Assembly: GCF_006345805.1 (NCBI RefSeq)
Contig: NC_042999.1
Coordinates: forward strand, 138,322,001-138,386,000
DNA length: 64,000 nucleotides
Reading direction: 5' to 3'
DNA from: Octopus sinensis
Lineage: Eukaryota
Shown: in pieces, positions 1-12,349 of the stretch
Position numbering within the stretch: the stretch's first letter is position 1
How the letters are laid out: each line of letters opens with the position of its first letter
Notes under the pieces: model-generated
What the model was told of the DNA's origin: nothing
The model's database searches: none
Seen by the model: only the letters and a program-made list of their open reading frames with translations
Translations under genes and position numbers: made by a program

Positions 1-89
1 ATTGTTTTGGATTAATTTGACCAGCTTTGTCCGTTTTCTCGCTGAAGAAACAAAATAATGCAATATAAGTTATTAATATATGGAGAAAG

Positions 90-305
90 ATAAGGCGGCG
101 AGCTGTTAGAATCGTTGGCTCGCCGGAAAAAAATACTTAGCGGCATTTGGTCCGCTTTCACGTTCTGAGTTCAAATTCCGCTGAAGTCGACTATGTCTTT
201 CATCCTTTCGGGGTCGAAAACATAAGTATCAATTCTTCACTGGGATCGATTTAAACGACTGACCCCTTCCCACCCCAAAATTGCTGTCCTTGGGCAAAAA
301 TTTGA
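90..305 (+). mobile_element. SINE family A (tRNA-derived, GGCGGCGAGCTGGCAGAA...GTTCTGAGTTCAAATTCCG head)
   Basis: Matches many copies in this window; B-box-like GAGTTCAAATTCC; conserved body 'ctttcatcctttcggggtcga'. Confidence 0.8.
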
Positions 306-344
306 AATTAATATTGTTAAGCGGAAATTTTTTATCGAGTCGCA

Positions 345-591
345 TCGCCAAGGTGGTAGAGTATCAGACTTTTGCAGATGCTGAACGTTGCGAATTCAAA
401 TCCCTTTGCGAACACTTATAATGTCTGTGAGGATTCAAGAATGGTCGCACCTCTAAGAAGTACACGTGTTTCCAAAGTCGGTCCCACTGCTCGACATCTA
501 CTATAGTCTTGAGGTAACCTTTACGGGTGAAATTTAGGAGACGGAAACTGCAGAAACACTTTGCTCACGAATATGAGAGTAGTGTGTGTGA

Positions 592-673
<82 letters not shown>

Positions 674-890
674 AATTATCTGAGTTTATACAGTGGAGTA
701 AATTGGTATACATATCTACGTCCATAAAAGGACGTAACTTAACTGATCTTAGCTACTAGATAAACAGAACTCGATAAAATCAGTACCAGATTAGGTATTT
801 AGAACGATATAATGCATAAAACCTTTGAAGGATGCGTTCCCATATAATCGCAGCCCAATGAGGGGAAGTAGTAAACTTATAAAAGAATAG
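345..890 (+). mobile_element. Old divergent bipartite SINE (family B-like): tRNA-like head, (GT)n, degenerate tail
   Basis: A/B-box-like tcgccaaggtgg...gaattcaaatccc; 'gagacggaaactgcagaa' resembles the end of the family B head; internal (GT)n at about 591-670. Confidence 0.5.
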
Positions 891-929
891 GAAGATCATG
901 GGTCATTAAAGTGAGAAGTAGGGTCCTGA

Positions 930-1623
930 TTTTCACTTCAGAAATCCAAAGGCATTCAAGTGTTTCGAGAAGTTAAATTTGATTCTGATCTGGCATTCAA
1001 ATAAAAAGGCACGGATGACTAATAGCACTTTCCAAGAGTAGTTTATGAATAGCTTTGGTCCAGACATATTTCCACAAAACATTTTTCTTTGAAGCCAGGG
1101 CATCAAACTACTTACTGAACTTACATGAGCTTTCTGATAATGTGAGAGCAGAATATATATCACCAACAGTGCAACATTATTCCAGCCAATAGAACAAGGT
1201 GTGATAGCTAACTTCAAGGTATATTATCTGAGAACTTTCAAACAATTAATGAAAGCAATTGATAGGGAGATAACAGCACAGTTAGAGACTTCTGGGAGAA
1301 TTTCTACATAATGAAATGAATGTTGTGTACAACTGAGTTGAATCATGAGATGAACTAAAACCCTCAACTTTGAATGATACTTAAAAAATATATGGCCAGA
1401 CCGTGACTTAACTAGTTATCCACAAGCAGAAAATCTACATCAAATTCGAAAAGGCGTTGGAGTGGCTGTGTCGTAAGTAGCTTGCTTACTAACCACATGG
1501 TTCCGGGTTCAGTCCCACTGCCTGGCACCTTGGTCAAGTGTCTTCTACTATAGCCTCGGGCCGATCAAAGCCTTGTGTGTGGATTTGGTAGACGGAAACT
1601 GAAAGAAGCCCGTCGTATATAGG

Positions 1624-1695
<72 letters not shown>

Positions 1696-2230
1696 TGTGT
1701 CTGTGTTTGTTCCCCAACATCGCTTGACAACCGATGCTGGTGTGTTTACATCCCCGTAACTTAGCGGTTCGGCAAAAGAGACCGAACTGGATTTATGAAG
1801 AATAAGTTCTGGGGTCGATTTGCTCGACTAAAGGCGGTGCTCCAGCATGGCCACAGTCAAATGACTGAAACAAATAAAAGCGTAAAAGAGAGACATGTAA
1901 ATAATATAGGTTTTAAAGAATTTATAGAGAATGATTTGAGTGAAATTGCCAGTGTCCCATAAAGAAACTTTATCTAACGAGGAGCTGATGTTCTAAGAAC
2001 AAGAGTAAACTGAGAAAACAATTGACAATACGGAAATACCACCAATTCCACTTAAACTGACTGCAAGAAATATTGTTGTAAGTTTGACACTTATGGTGAA
2101 AGATCTGCAAGTTTTTTGCTGATAATTAACTTAAAAATCACAAGAGAAGCTTACAATGAGCTCAGTTTCTACACTGTGCTGTATAAAGATATAATGCTCT
2201 ATGAATATCAAACAGGTTTGAATAGGTTCT
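930..2230 (+). pseudogene. Decayed pogo/Tigger-type DDE transposase, interrupted by a SINE at 1453-1889
   Basis: Manual + strand translation gives HFRNPKAFK..WHSNKKARMT..FQE*F and FQPIEQGVIANFKVYYLR-TFKQLMKAID (Tigger-type QPMDQGVI.TFK.YY motif). Acidic C-terminal remnant GFKEFIENDLSEI follows the SINE. Stops and frameshifts present. Confidence 0.8.
1453..1889 (+). mobile_element. SINE family B, full length (tRNA-like head + (TA)n(TG)n + conserved tail)
   Basis: Head ggcgttggagtggctgtg...ggttcagtccc; tail ...ggcggtgctccagcatggccacagtcaaatgactgaaac; many near-identical copies in the window. Confidence 0.9.
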
Positions 2231-3179
2231 TTGGATGAGTTCAAATAGATGTTGAGGGTGATGAACAATAAGGTAGAAAATAGTGTCTCTATTTTGACAG
2301 TAGTCAACATTTTTTGTGGTGAGAACGTATCCGATTAAGATATTACTATCCTTACTTATTCCCTAAAGTATTACTTTTCAAATGTTTTTATGTATATTGT
2401 ACTGTGTATGCTTAGATAATGTTATTTTCATGCATAACGGTATTTTTTTGTGATTGTTTTTTTTTAATCTTGTGGAACTCATTATCGCTTTATACATGTT
2501 AATCAAGGGAAAAATTTATTTCGCGTTACGACCAGATTTTCAAGAGCGCATTAATTACTCTCGCAACGTAGAGGTATCCTGTATATGGTTTCATCACACC
2601 GGAAGATGCAGAATAAATATACCTAATTTAAAGTGGACATTTGTCCACGTCAATCATTTAGTACAAAACAGATTTTATCTTAACTTCGCAATGAATCCTC
2701 AGCCAAACGACATCAAAAGAACTTGGTGAAAAATAAAATAAATCTGGGCAAAGTAAAAAAAAAACTATTAGGAATCAACTTCCCCTCCCCCACTTTTATT
2801 TTCACCTCTACGAGAAATTTTAATGCTTCCTTTTGAATACATACCATAGATCTGTTGTGCTGTTTGAGGATAATTTTATTTTGTTAATTTTTTCACTCAA
2901 CTTCCGCAGTGCAACGGCCAGCAACTATCTCTAGTTTCCGTTGTGTAATGTGGATGACAGACAAATATGCACCTCAACAGGATGCCTGACAACTGCAAAT
3001 AACATTTCACCCCCAGAGTGTCTGAACTTAACTTTGTTCAGGATCTTCAGGCAAGCTATCAGAAGACCCTGTGTACCCACAGGCAAAGTTCAGACTTGCT
3101 AAAAAACAAAAAAAGAAACCCCAAAAAACAACAACAAAAAGCAAGTTTATATATAGATGATTTTGTGTGTGTGTGTGTG

Positions 3180-3233
<54 letters not shown>

Positions 3234-3272
3234 TTTATATATGGGCATGTGCGCTTCTATAAGTATACATAC

Positions 3273-3367
<95 letters not shown>

Positions 3368-3369
3368 AA

Positions 3370-4006
3370 TGAATTAGCTTAGTATTGATAATTCGGTTAA
3401 TCGATACCTGGGTAGCAAATTCACGTCAGAAGACACGGTTGAAGCTGCATGCCAAGGGCAGAAACCCCGTGTTCTTGTGTGGTAATTTGTGTGTTTTTTT
3501 TTTAATATGGATAAATGAAAGAATGGAGTCGAACGAAGATTTTAACAAAATTCCTTTACTCTCAACACATGTTTCGAAGACTGCATACTCTTAATTCCGA
3601 AGGAATAAAGGGTGCATTATGCCGTCTTCTCATCAGGAAAGACAAGGAACCTCTATCAGCCCCAAGACGAACAAAAACTTTTTGGTGACTGCCTACATGA
3701 TGTCCACAGTGATAATGAGCGTTTTTTAAAAAAAATCCGTTATAAGCAATGACGTCAAAATTGGTTGGAAAGAGGAAGTTTTAAAAATAAGAAGGGGGCA
3801 GTATTTATGCTGTATGTATGGGGATGCGCGGGTGTTTGCTTTTGTTAATGAGTTTGATTGTTTATGTGTGCTTATGAGTTTGTATATATAACTGCATTTG
3901 TGTCTATGTGCGTGTGTGTGTGTAATTGTGTGTGTGGTGGGGACAATTGTCAAATATATTTAGTAGTGAGGTGACAAATTTATGTCTGTTTGTTTGATTG
4001 AGCGTA

Positions 4007-4079
<73 letters not shown>

Positions 4080-4345
4080 GGAGAGGTAGATAGAAAGAGA
4101 TAAACATACGCCAGTGATATTTAGTAGTAATGTTTCATGCAACGGAGTGGACAGAAAGAATTTGTCTATAGCAGTGGTAGACGTGAAACTAATTATTAAA
4201 ACCAAAGAGGATATCTATATTATTTATCATTTATATGATTGGAAAGTATGTTTTTGCCAATGCTTACATTATAGGATTTTTCTATTAGTGTGTTTACCAA
4301 GGGGAACTTGGCGAAAAGATATAGAAGAGTTCGGACGACTCCATT
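3370..4345 (-). mobile_element. Penelope-like element 3' part (GIY-YIG C-terminal tip, microsatellite-rich UTR, pseudo-LTR with hammerhead)
   Basis: Homologous and co-oriented with 39600-40335, which is continuous with a GIY-YIG-like C-terminal ORF; flanked by (TA)n and (CT)n(TA)n. Confidence 0.7.
3553..3647 (-). ncRNA. Type I hammerhead ribozyme-like motif (family H1, copy 1)
   Basis: Reverse complement reads CCTTGTCTTTC-CTGATGA-GAAGAC.GCATA...TATGC.GTCTTC-GAAA-CATGTG-TT-GAGAGTAAAGG: intact core, helix II, self-complementary helix III and helix I with an internal loop. Confidence 0.7.
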
Positions 4346-4352
4346 CTTTCAT

Positions 4353-4483
<131 letters not shown>

Positions 4484-6862
4484 ATATATATAATATATAT
4501 ATATGTATATATATGTGTGCGTATATATATATAATATGTACGTATGTATGTGTGTGTGTGTGTTTTTAATTATATTTTATTATATTTAAAATTTAAAGTA
4601 GAGTCACTGTTTAACTTCCTGATCATGATTAAAATAATGTACGCACTTTATTTGATGTTTGAGCGTCTGCTTCTCCAATTTGTATAAGGTATGATGTTTG
4701 TGTGTGTGTGTGAATGTGTGAATGTCTTCGTAAGTTTATTATTGGCTTAATAAAATTGAGAGGATTGTCTCCCCAAATTCATCAAATTTATTCTATAAAT
4801 ATAATGTTGTGACTAAAGTTATTGTTGCCTAATTATCAAATCAAAACTACGCTTGTAGTTCTAAATATAGAAGAAAATACACCTATTTTAAGTACCGGGA
4901 TATATTTTATAATAAATTTCAATAGAACACAAACATTGGTTAACACGGACAACAGACATACACATACTTACACACACACACACACACGCACGCACACATA
5001 CACACACACGCACGCACGCACACACACACACACACACACACTACATACTGTACGGACATACATGCGTTTATAATAGGAATTCATCTATGCGGAAAGAAAG
5101 GAGTGTATGGATGTACCGAACGACTTTTGATAAATAAAACTGTCCTGCGAAGGGGTTAAAATAGAAAATTTGAACTGTTTAACTTGATTTAGAAATGAGT
5201 ATTTTTCGATACAGTGCATAGTTCTTGAAATTTGCTGAAAGTACTTAGATGCTTTTTTTAAAAAAGAGTTTAAAGCACTTGAAATCTTAAGGAGTGTCTC
5301 AAGCGCTATAGATTTTTGTTAAGGAATATTCCAAAGACAGTCTGAATATGTTTCTATTTATTCTGGAAGTAAATCTGTTACAACTACAAATAGCAATAGT
5401 GTAATCTATAATTTATTTGTTAATGATTTTAAGATCTTTTGATACAGAGATGTAATTTGACTCAAAGAAATGTTCGTGCTTGTGTGTGTATAAAACAGAT
5501 TTTGAAATCTAAACATTAAAATTAATAGTTTTAATAATGTTTCTCAAATATCTACATTTTCCCATACAATAAGTGCTTCAGATACTTTGATACTTGGATA
5601 AACGTATAGTACAATGTTATGTGAACAAAGATAGAATGACCAACGAATATTATGCTCGAAATATTATTTACTAACGGTATGATGGTGGAAGGTTTCCTCT
5701 CTCTTGGCAACATTGGATAGCACACGATAGCACGAATTGGCAACATACGATAGCACATTTTCAGTACTAAAATTTAGGGAGCTTGATTGGGCTATAGACA
5801 AGATCCATTCCATTTGTGTTAAAACTCGAAAAATTCTGACATCAGTTGAAAGCTATTACAGGAATAATAATAGCGACAGACTTCCATGACCGAGATAAAG
5901 ACAGGGAGAAGACACTTAAGGTCACTTTACACAGGTGCCATGCGTTCATTCAGATAGCCTCTACTAAACATCAACAAAAACAGGAAAATACGATTAACAG
6001 CGAGGAGAGAAACATCTTACTACTAAATCTCCGAACATGCTGCTTGCGACCCTGGATGAACGTAACCTGGCAAAAGCTTGGAGGAAACACTCCGTATACT
6101 AACTAAAGGTTACGGATTAGTAGTTTTCTATGAAGCTAATACCGACAGGATTTGTTGACTTGGACTTGTGACTGTTACATCACATCACATTGCAGAGCTT
6201 ATGTTCTTGCTATCCAAGAGTTGGAGATAGTTACCAATGTACAAAAGAAACAAAGAAACCTTCAAACCTTCAATGTGCGACCGAAAGTGTTTATTACCTC
6301 ACAATATATATCTGGTCAATAGCTTCACCAAACATGTTTTTTTTTCAGGCTACTACTTTTGCATATGAGTTTCTTGTTGAAACAATATTCCATGTGATTT
6401 GTGGGAAAGATTTTCTTTTAGCAAATAAAAAAAAAAAAAAAAAAAAAAGAATTCGAAATATTAAAAAAAATCATTCCCTAAACGAGAAATATTGGTGGAA
6501 CATTCCCATAAAAAGTTCACTAACTGCACACACCGCAAATTTATATAACTGTTTAATAGACGGCCATAAAACGAAGACTTAGTAGTTAGAGGCTGGCAGC
6601 TGGGCAGATGAGAAAATTAAATTCCAAATCAGAAAAATTATATATTGTTAACTGCTTCGGAATCTACAACTTGGCTGTTTAATTTTATTTTTCACAAATT
6701 TGTATTCATATTTCGTTTTTGCTTTGATTTGAAAGATTCTTGATGTGAGGGTATGTCACTGATGAATCCACAAGTGGTGATGAAATAACTTAGCTGATTG
6801 GTTGATTGAGCGAACGATTAAGGAAACAATTGATTAGTTAATTGATTAAATGTTAACTGGCT

Positions 6863-6896
6863 AATAATAATAATGATAATAATAATAATAATGATG

Positions 6897-6935
<39 letters not shown>

Positions 6936-6985
6936 TAATAATAATAATAATATAATAATAATAATAATAATGATGATGATGATAA
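6863..6985. repeat. (TAA)n/(TGA)n microsatellite
   Basis: Direct reading. Confidence 0.95.
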
Positions 6986-7208
6986 TAAATAAATGAAATA
7001 GAGCTAGTTCATGTATCTATCATTGGCGTAATGATCTTTCTGGAATACAAGAAAATTCATACCCATAATTATTTAATTTTTTTTACTTAAGTTGTTATCA
7101 TCAGAATTCCCGTGATGACGCTTTGCTTATAAGTTAGAAACCAACACATCTTTGTAGGAGGATCTGAAAGAGTTTAAATATAATATAATAAAAAATAACA
7201 TATGTGTG

Positions 7209-7291
<83 letters not shown>

Positions 7292-7459
7292 ATATGTACG
7301 CATGTATGTATGTGTGTGTGTTCTGTGTGTGTGTGTGTGTGTTGTGTGTGTGTGTGTGTGTGTAAAATAAACAGAAATAATGGATTATATACATTTATTT
7401 ATTTACTATAGACTTCCAATTGTTTCAGATATGCATTTGAGTGTGTTCAGTGTTCAGCC

Positions 7460-8200
7460 TTATCAATCAATCGATTGATCGAATTGAGTGAGTGAAAATA
7501 TAGAAAACCACAAGCCCAAAGTCAGCTTCTTCATAGCTAAAATAAACATACTGCCAGAATAAAAGAAAAGAAAGGGAAGCTATTTGGTCAATGTGGCATT
7601 TTGTATGAAGAACTATTTTTTGCCACCAACCTTAAGTTATTGTTAGCTCTTACCACGGGTGATTAATATTTTATTTTTATTTATGTTGTTTTTGCTTTGT
7701 TTTGGCTTTATTTTTAAAAATTTTGTTTTGGTTTTATCTTCTTCACTTTGAACTTGTTTTAACCATTACTGTTAATTGTTGACATTTATACGAATCCATG
7801 GCGAATATATGGATTTTGATACTTCAAGTTTAAAATAATAAGTAGTACCCTCTCTACCTTTCGGTTTTTATATTTGCATATATTACCCTGACATTCTTTT
7901 CCAAAATTTAGTAATCGCCAACAGTCTGCCACTGATCGCATAATGGTTGTAGGATATCAAATTTCTTTACTGGATATCAATATTATCTACCCGTGATAAG
8001 GACCAATATTGGCTTATGGTTGATAGCTAAAAATAGATGACTTTGTTCTTTAGAAAAAATTCCACATTGACCAAATTCTTTCCTTCTTCTTTTGTCCTTT
8101 TTCTTTGGGCAGTAGATTTATTTGGGCTCTGAAGAAGATAGCTTTGAACTAGTGGCTCCCTACATTTTCAGTTGATCAATCGATCGATTGATAAGATTGT
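7460..8200. repeat. Two diverged copies of a ~210-bp interspersed repeat in inverted orientation (7460-7670 and 7980-8200); third copy at about 10410-10610
   Basis: Shared blocks 'tttggtcaatgtgg', 'cttcttca.agc..aaataaa..tactgcc' and 'atcaatcgattgatc' on opposite strands. Confidence 0.7.
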
Positions 8201-8619
8201 ACCATGAACACACCAAAACACGTATCTGAAACAACTGTAAGGTTATAATAGATAAATAAATGTATATAACCCATTTTCCTATTTTATGTATCACTATTTA
8301 AAAATATACGGTCTCAGCTCAGTATTAAAACCATGGCTTTACAAATTTGACTGGTGATGGATTTTGATTTCGGATTACTTGGAATACAATAGCAATCACA
8401 AGACGTCTTTGTTAGCTTGGTGTATTTTTATCAATAGAGAGCATAAGAAATATTTCGCCAGGGATTACTAATCCTTTATTAACCCTCTTTGCTCTGATAT
8501 GTATGAATGTATTTACGTATGTATTTACGTATGTATGTATGTTTGTATGTATGTATGTAAAGGTGCGTAAATTTATTTTTACACACTCCCCCACACAAGA
8601 AGGATTTTGTCTCAGACAA

Positions 8620-9458
8620 AAAATCTACAAAGTGACGTCAGCGGACTACTAAGCTTCGTTTCTTCAGTGGCAAATACTATCTCGGTAATCTGGTGCTAAA
8701 CCGGAACTTTTGTTCCTATATTTAGAAAAATGAGAGCAAGACACAAATATGCCCAAAGCATTTCCGGTCCATTCAAATCAACAAAGCTACTGGTCTTGAC
8801 AAAGTTTCTTCTATTACTTTTGACCCTTTAATCAATGCGCCTCAAAGTTAGCACTCACTTTATCCAAACTCTTCAATCTCTCGCTCTTTACAGTGATTTA
8901 TTCTGATATTTGTGAAATCACTGCTGTGAGTCCCTTTCCCAAGAGGGTCACACCATTACCAATGATATTTCCTGATGAACGTATATTTTCCTCATGGTCA
9001 AAACTGCATCACAAAGACTGAACTCCTTCTTCATAGCCAGTACTTCAGTATTCTCTTCACAATAAGACACTACTCACACATCGAGTACTGTTGGTTCACA
9101 CACAAACAGCCTTGACTGAATCCAAAGGAAATCTACCATAACAATTCAGCCTTGGCTCATACGCATACTGTTTCCTCTATTTCCTTTGTCAACCGCCAGT
9201 CCAGTGGGCTCTGCTTTATGGAGTCGGCTGTTTTTGAGAACTTTCACTAAGTTTTTTCTTTTTGCATTTCAATTTGTACATCTGTACTCCCGATTGCGTA
9301 CTAGCGCAAATGTAAAACGACGCCCTTTATTTTTCATTATCTGCTGATATCAAAATAAGTAGGATATTAAAAAATAAAAGTATTTTCTAGAGGGGCCATT
9401 TGTAACTCCAAGGGTCAAAAGGAGGCGTTTGACCAAAGGGGTTGAGAACCTTTGATCT
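8620..9458 (-). mobile_element. Possible highly decayed hAT/Charlie-type remnant
   Basis: Minus strand starts tagatcaaaggttctcaaccccttt (Charlie-like terminus); only weak coding resemblance internally. Confidence 0.35.
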
Positions 9459-9599
9459 AGTGAGTGGACCTGCTCTGATCCTGTGGCTATGAGCTGGAGA
9501 GAAGAGAAGGGAGGGAGCACCTATGTATGTTGCCCTTGGCGGTCAGGATAATTCCGGATCCCTGATTTCCCCCGTGTGGTACTCGCCCTTATTATCATC

Positions 9600-9745
9600 T
9601 ATCTTTTACTTGTTTCAGTCATTAGACTGCGGTCATGCTGGGGCAGCGCCTTGAAGATGTTTTAGTCGAATGTATCGACTCCAGTATTTATTTTTTAAAA
9701 GCCTGGTACTTATTCTGCCAGTCTCTTTTTTTCTGAGCCACACCT
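9600..9745 (-). mobile_element. SINE family B tail fragment
   Basis: Reverse complement of the tail: ttttacttgtttcagtcattagactgcggtcatgctggggcagcgcc. Confidence 0.75.
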
Positions 9746-9801
9746 GCGCCTTATCAGAAAAACTTTATCATTTTTTTTTTAATTGTCATTGTTTTATTGT
9801 T

Positions 9802-9929
9802 TACATGTATTCTGGGTTCATCCTACTGCGTGGCATCTTGGACAAGTGTCTTCTATTATAGCATCGGCTATAATAGAAACCAAAGCCTTCTGAGTGGATT
9901 TGGTAGACGGAAACTGAAAGAAGCCTATC

Positions 9930-9977
<48 letters not shown>

Positions 9978-10266
9978 GCATGTATGATGCATGTGTGTAT
10001 GTTTGTGTGCTGTTTGTCCTCGTCATATGTGTGTGTGTGTGTGCCTTTGTGTCTGTGTGTCTTTGTGTCTGTGTTTGTTCCCCGCCACCACCACTGCTTG
10101 ACAACCGATGCTGGTGTGTTTACGTCCTCGTAACTTAGCGGTTCGGCAAAAGAGACCGATAGAATAACAACTAGGTTTACGAAGAATAAGTTCTGAGGTC
10201 AATTTGCTCGACTAAAGGCGGTGCTCCAGCATGGCCGCAGTCAAATGCCTGAAACAAATAAAAGAA
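9802..10266 (+). mobile_element. SINE family B, 5'-trimmed
   Basis: Head, (TA)n/(TG)n and tail as at 1453-1889. Confidence 0.85.
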
Positions 10267-11055
10267 TAAGTATATATAAATCCTCTTTGTCCCTTGTCTT
10301 TGTATTGCCTTAACTGTTTTTTTTCAGCCCTTGTGACTAACAGAGAACCAGTTCATGTTTGTGTTGTAGTTGTTGTTTAGCGCCAATTAAGAGTTCTCTC
10401 GCTATCCTTTATACCATTACTGTTCACTCGTGATAAAAAGCAATATTGGCTTAAGGTTGCTGGCTAAAATTAGTTGACTTAGCTCTATATAAAAATGCCA
10501 CATTGACCAAATTTCTTCCTTTCCTTTTCTTCTTTGTCTTTCGTAGTAGATTTATTTTAGCCATGAAGAAGATAGCTTTGGGCTAGTGGCTCCCTGTAAT
10601 TTTAGAACTGGCTGGTTTCCTATAATCCTCACTTGAGTGCTCTCGGGTCATACAATCCTCCTTCTCTCGTAACCCATACTGTTATTGTTTTGTGTAACCC
10701 ATACTAATATAAGTTACTTGTGAAGCCTTGTAGTAATCACTTCACCCCGTCGTTCCTACTCAGAATGTCGCCTCCCACGATATTTCTTTTTTACCTATAG
10801 CTGTCGTTAACCGCATCAATCCATTTTTTCGGCTAGACTTAGAATCAAAGACATTCTAATTTTAAGCATATCGCCCTTTTTCAAAGTTATTGATTCATTT
10901 CAAGCTTAGTGTACATCCAATGTTAAAGTTAGGTTTTTTAAGACTAAGGTGTGAGTTGAAGATGTTTGGCTGTTATTGCTAGATGGTCGGATAAGAGGTT
11001 GGCGTTGGTGTTAATTTTATTAGTAGTGGTGGGTGTTGTTGTAAGAGTTGTTATT

Positions 11056-11056
<1 letters not shown>

Positions 11057-11110
<54 letters not shown>

Positions 11111-11182
11111 CAGCAGCAGCAGCTATGACACAAATGTTTTATAGCCAGCCAGCAGTTTTTGTCTTTCAATGAAAAACTATCT

Positions 11183-11245
<63 letters not shown>
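11057..11245. repeat. (GTA)n(GCA)n and (CA)n microsatellites
   Basis: Direct reading; source of the poly-V and poly-Y pseudo-ORFs. Confidence 0.95.
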
Positions 11246-11996
11246 ACACGCACATAAGACTTTATTTATATAACAAACATCAGGCCATTGTACCAGTCTA
11301 TAGATTAGTTCCACTCAACCTTAGCCAATGTCTAAAACTAATCTCCATAAATTATCGGCAATACAATGTAGTTGTGGGCGGAGGATAGTGATGTTGGTGG
11401 CGGTGACGGTACCGTTGCTGTTGTTGCTAGTGGTGGTGGTGGTAGTGGTGGAGGTGGTGGTGATAGCGGCTCCGGCGGTGGAGCGTAGATTCATTCATTG
11501 CTTTGTTTACGATGGCATAAAACCGCAACCTTGATATTGTCATTTAATCCCAATTTAGCTCTGATCGAGTCATAGAATCACTTGAACTACATTATCAAAT
11601 GTGTACTTTTTTTTTTAATCTTAAAGACTGTGTGTTATGGCGTTTGTGAAAGATTTGGGTGTTATTTATAACTGATCTTGTGTGGAGCTCTTTCGTTGAA
11701 TGGTTCGCAACTTCGTGGTGGAGAAGGGGTAATCGATTTAATCGATTTTTGTAAATGATTGAAATAGTTTATCAAACACAGAGCCAAAATAATAATAATA
11801 AAAAAAACGATATTGTTTAATGAAGTGAATCACTTCAGAATGTGTGAAAAGTTTGGAGAGACACACCTAGAAACTGGATCAGCTAGAGGTTACCAGTAAC
11901 CCAAGGATTTTCTCGGAGTGTCACGTGCTTGGAAGGAACGCTACATTAAGTGCTTGAGATCTTCCAGATAGAAACGGAAAACATGAGTAGGAATAA

Positions 11997-12090
11997 TATT
12001 GGGTTGTTCGGAAAGTTCGTGCCGATTTATAGTAGCTTATCTTTCGACTTATTTTAGAACATGGTTGAGTTCATAAAACAGGAATTTGAA
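11997..12090 (+). mobile_element. Mariner-type terminal fragment
   Basis: tattgggttgttcggaaagttcgtgccgattt, a mariner-like TIR starting at TA; homologous to the inverted end at 24215-24374. Confidence 0.65.
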
Positions 12091-12349
12091 ATAGAACCAG
12101 CAATAAAGCTGAAACAGACAGAAGTTTATACCATTTAAAACTAAACTACAGAAATAAATATTTTAGAGTTTATATATGACATTTTCCAACTTAAAATGTG
12201 AAAACCAATAACAATGCCTGAGGCACGCGATGCTAGACGACTTCACAAGGAAGGTCACTGTTGCAAAAACTGTAAGCTAGTAAAGGGTCTGTAGCATATG
12301 CTATAAAGTCCTAGATGATATAACAATACAAAAATATTGAAACAAAACT

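Noticed and set aside
6755-6800. CTGATGA-atccac..gtggtgat-GAAA hammerhead-like string
   Set aside because: Helix II is imperfect and no convincing helix I or III can be drawn.
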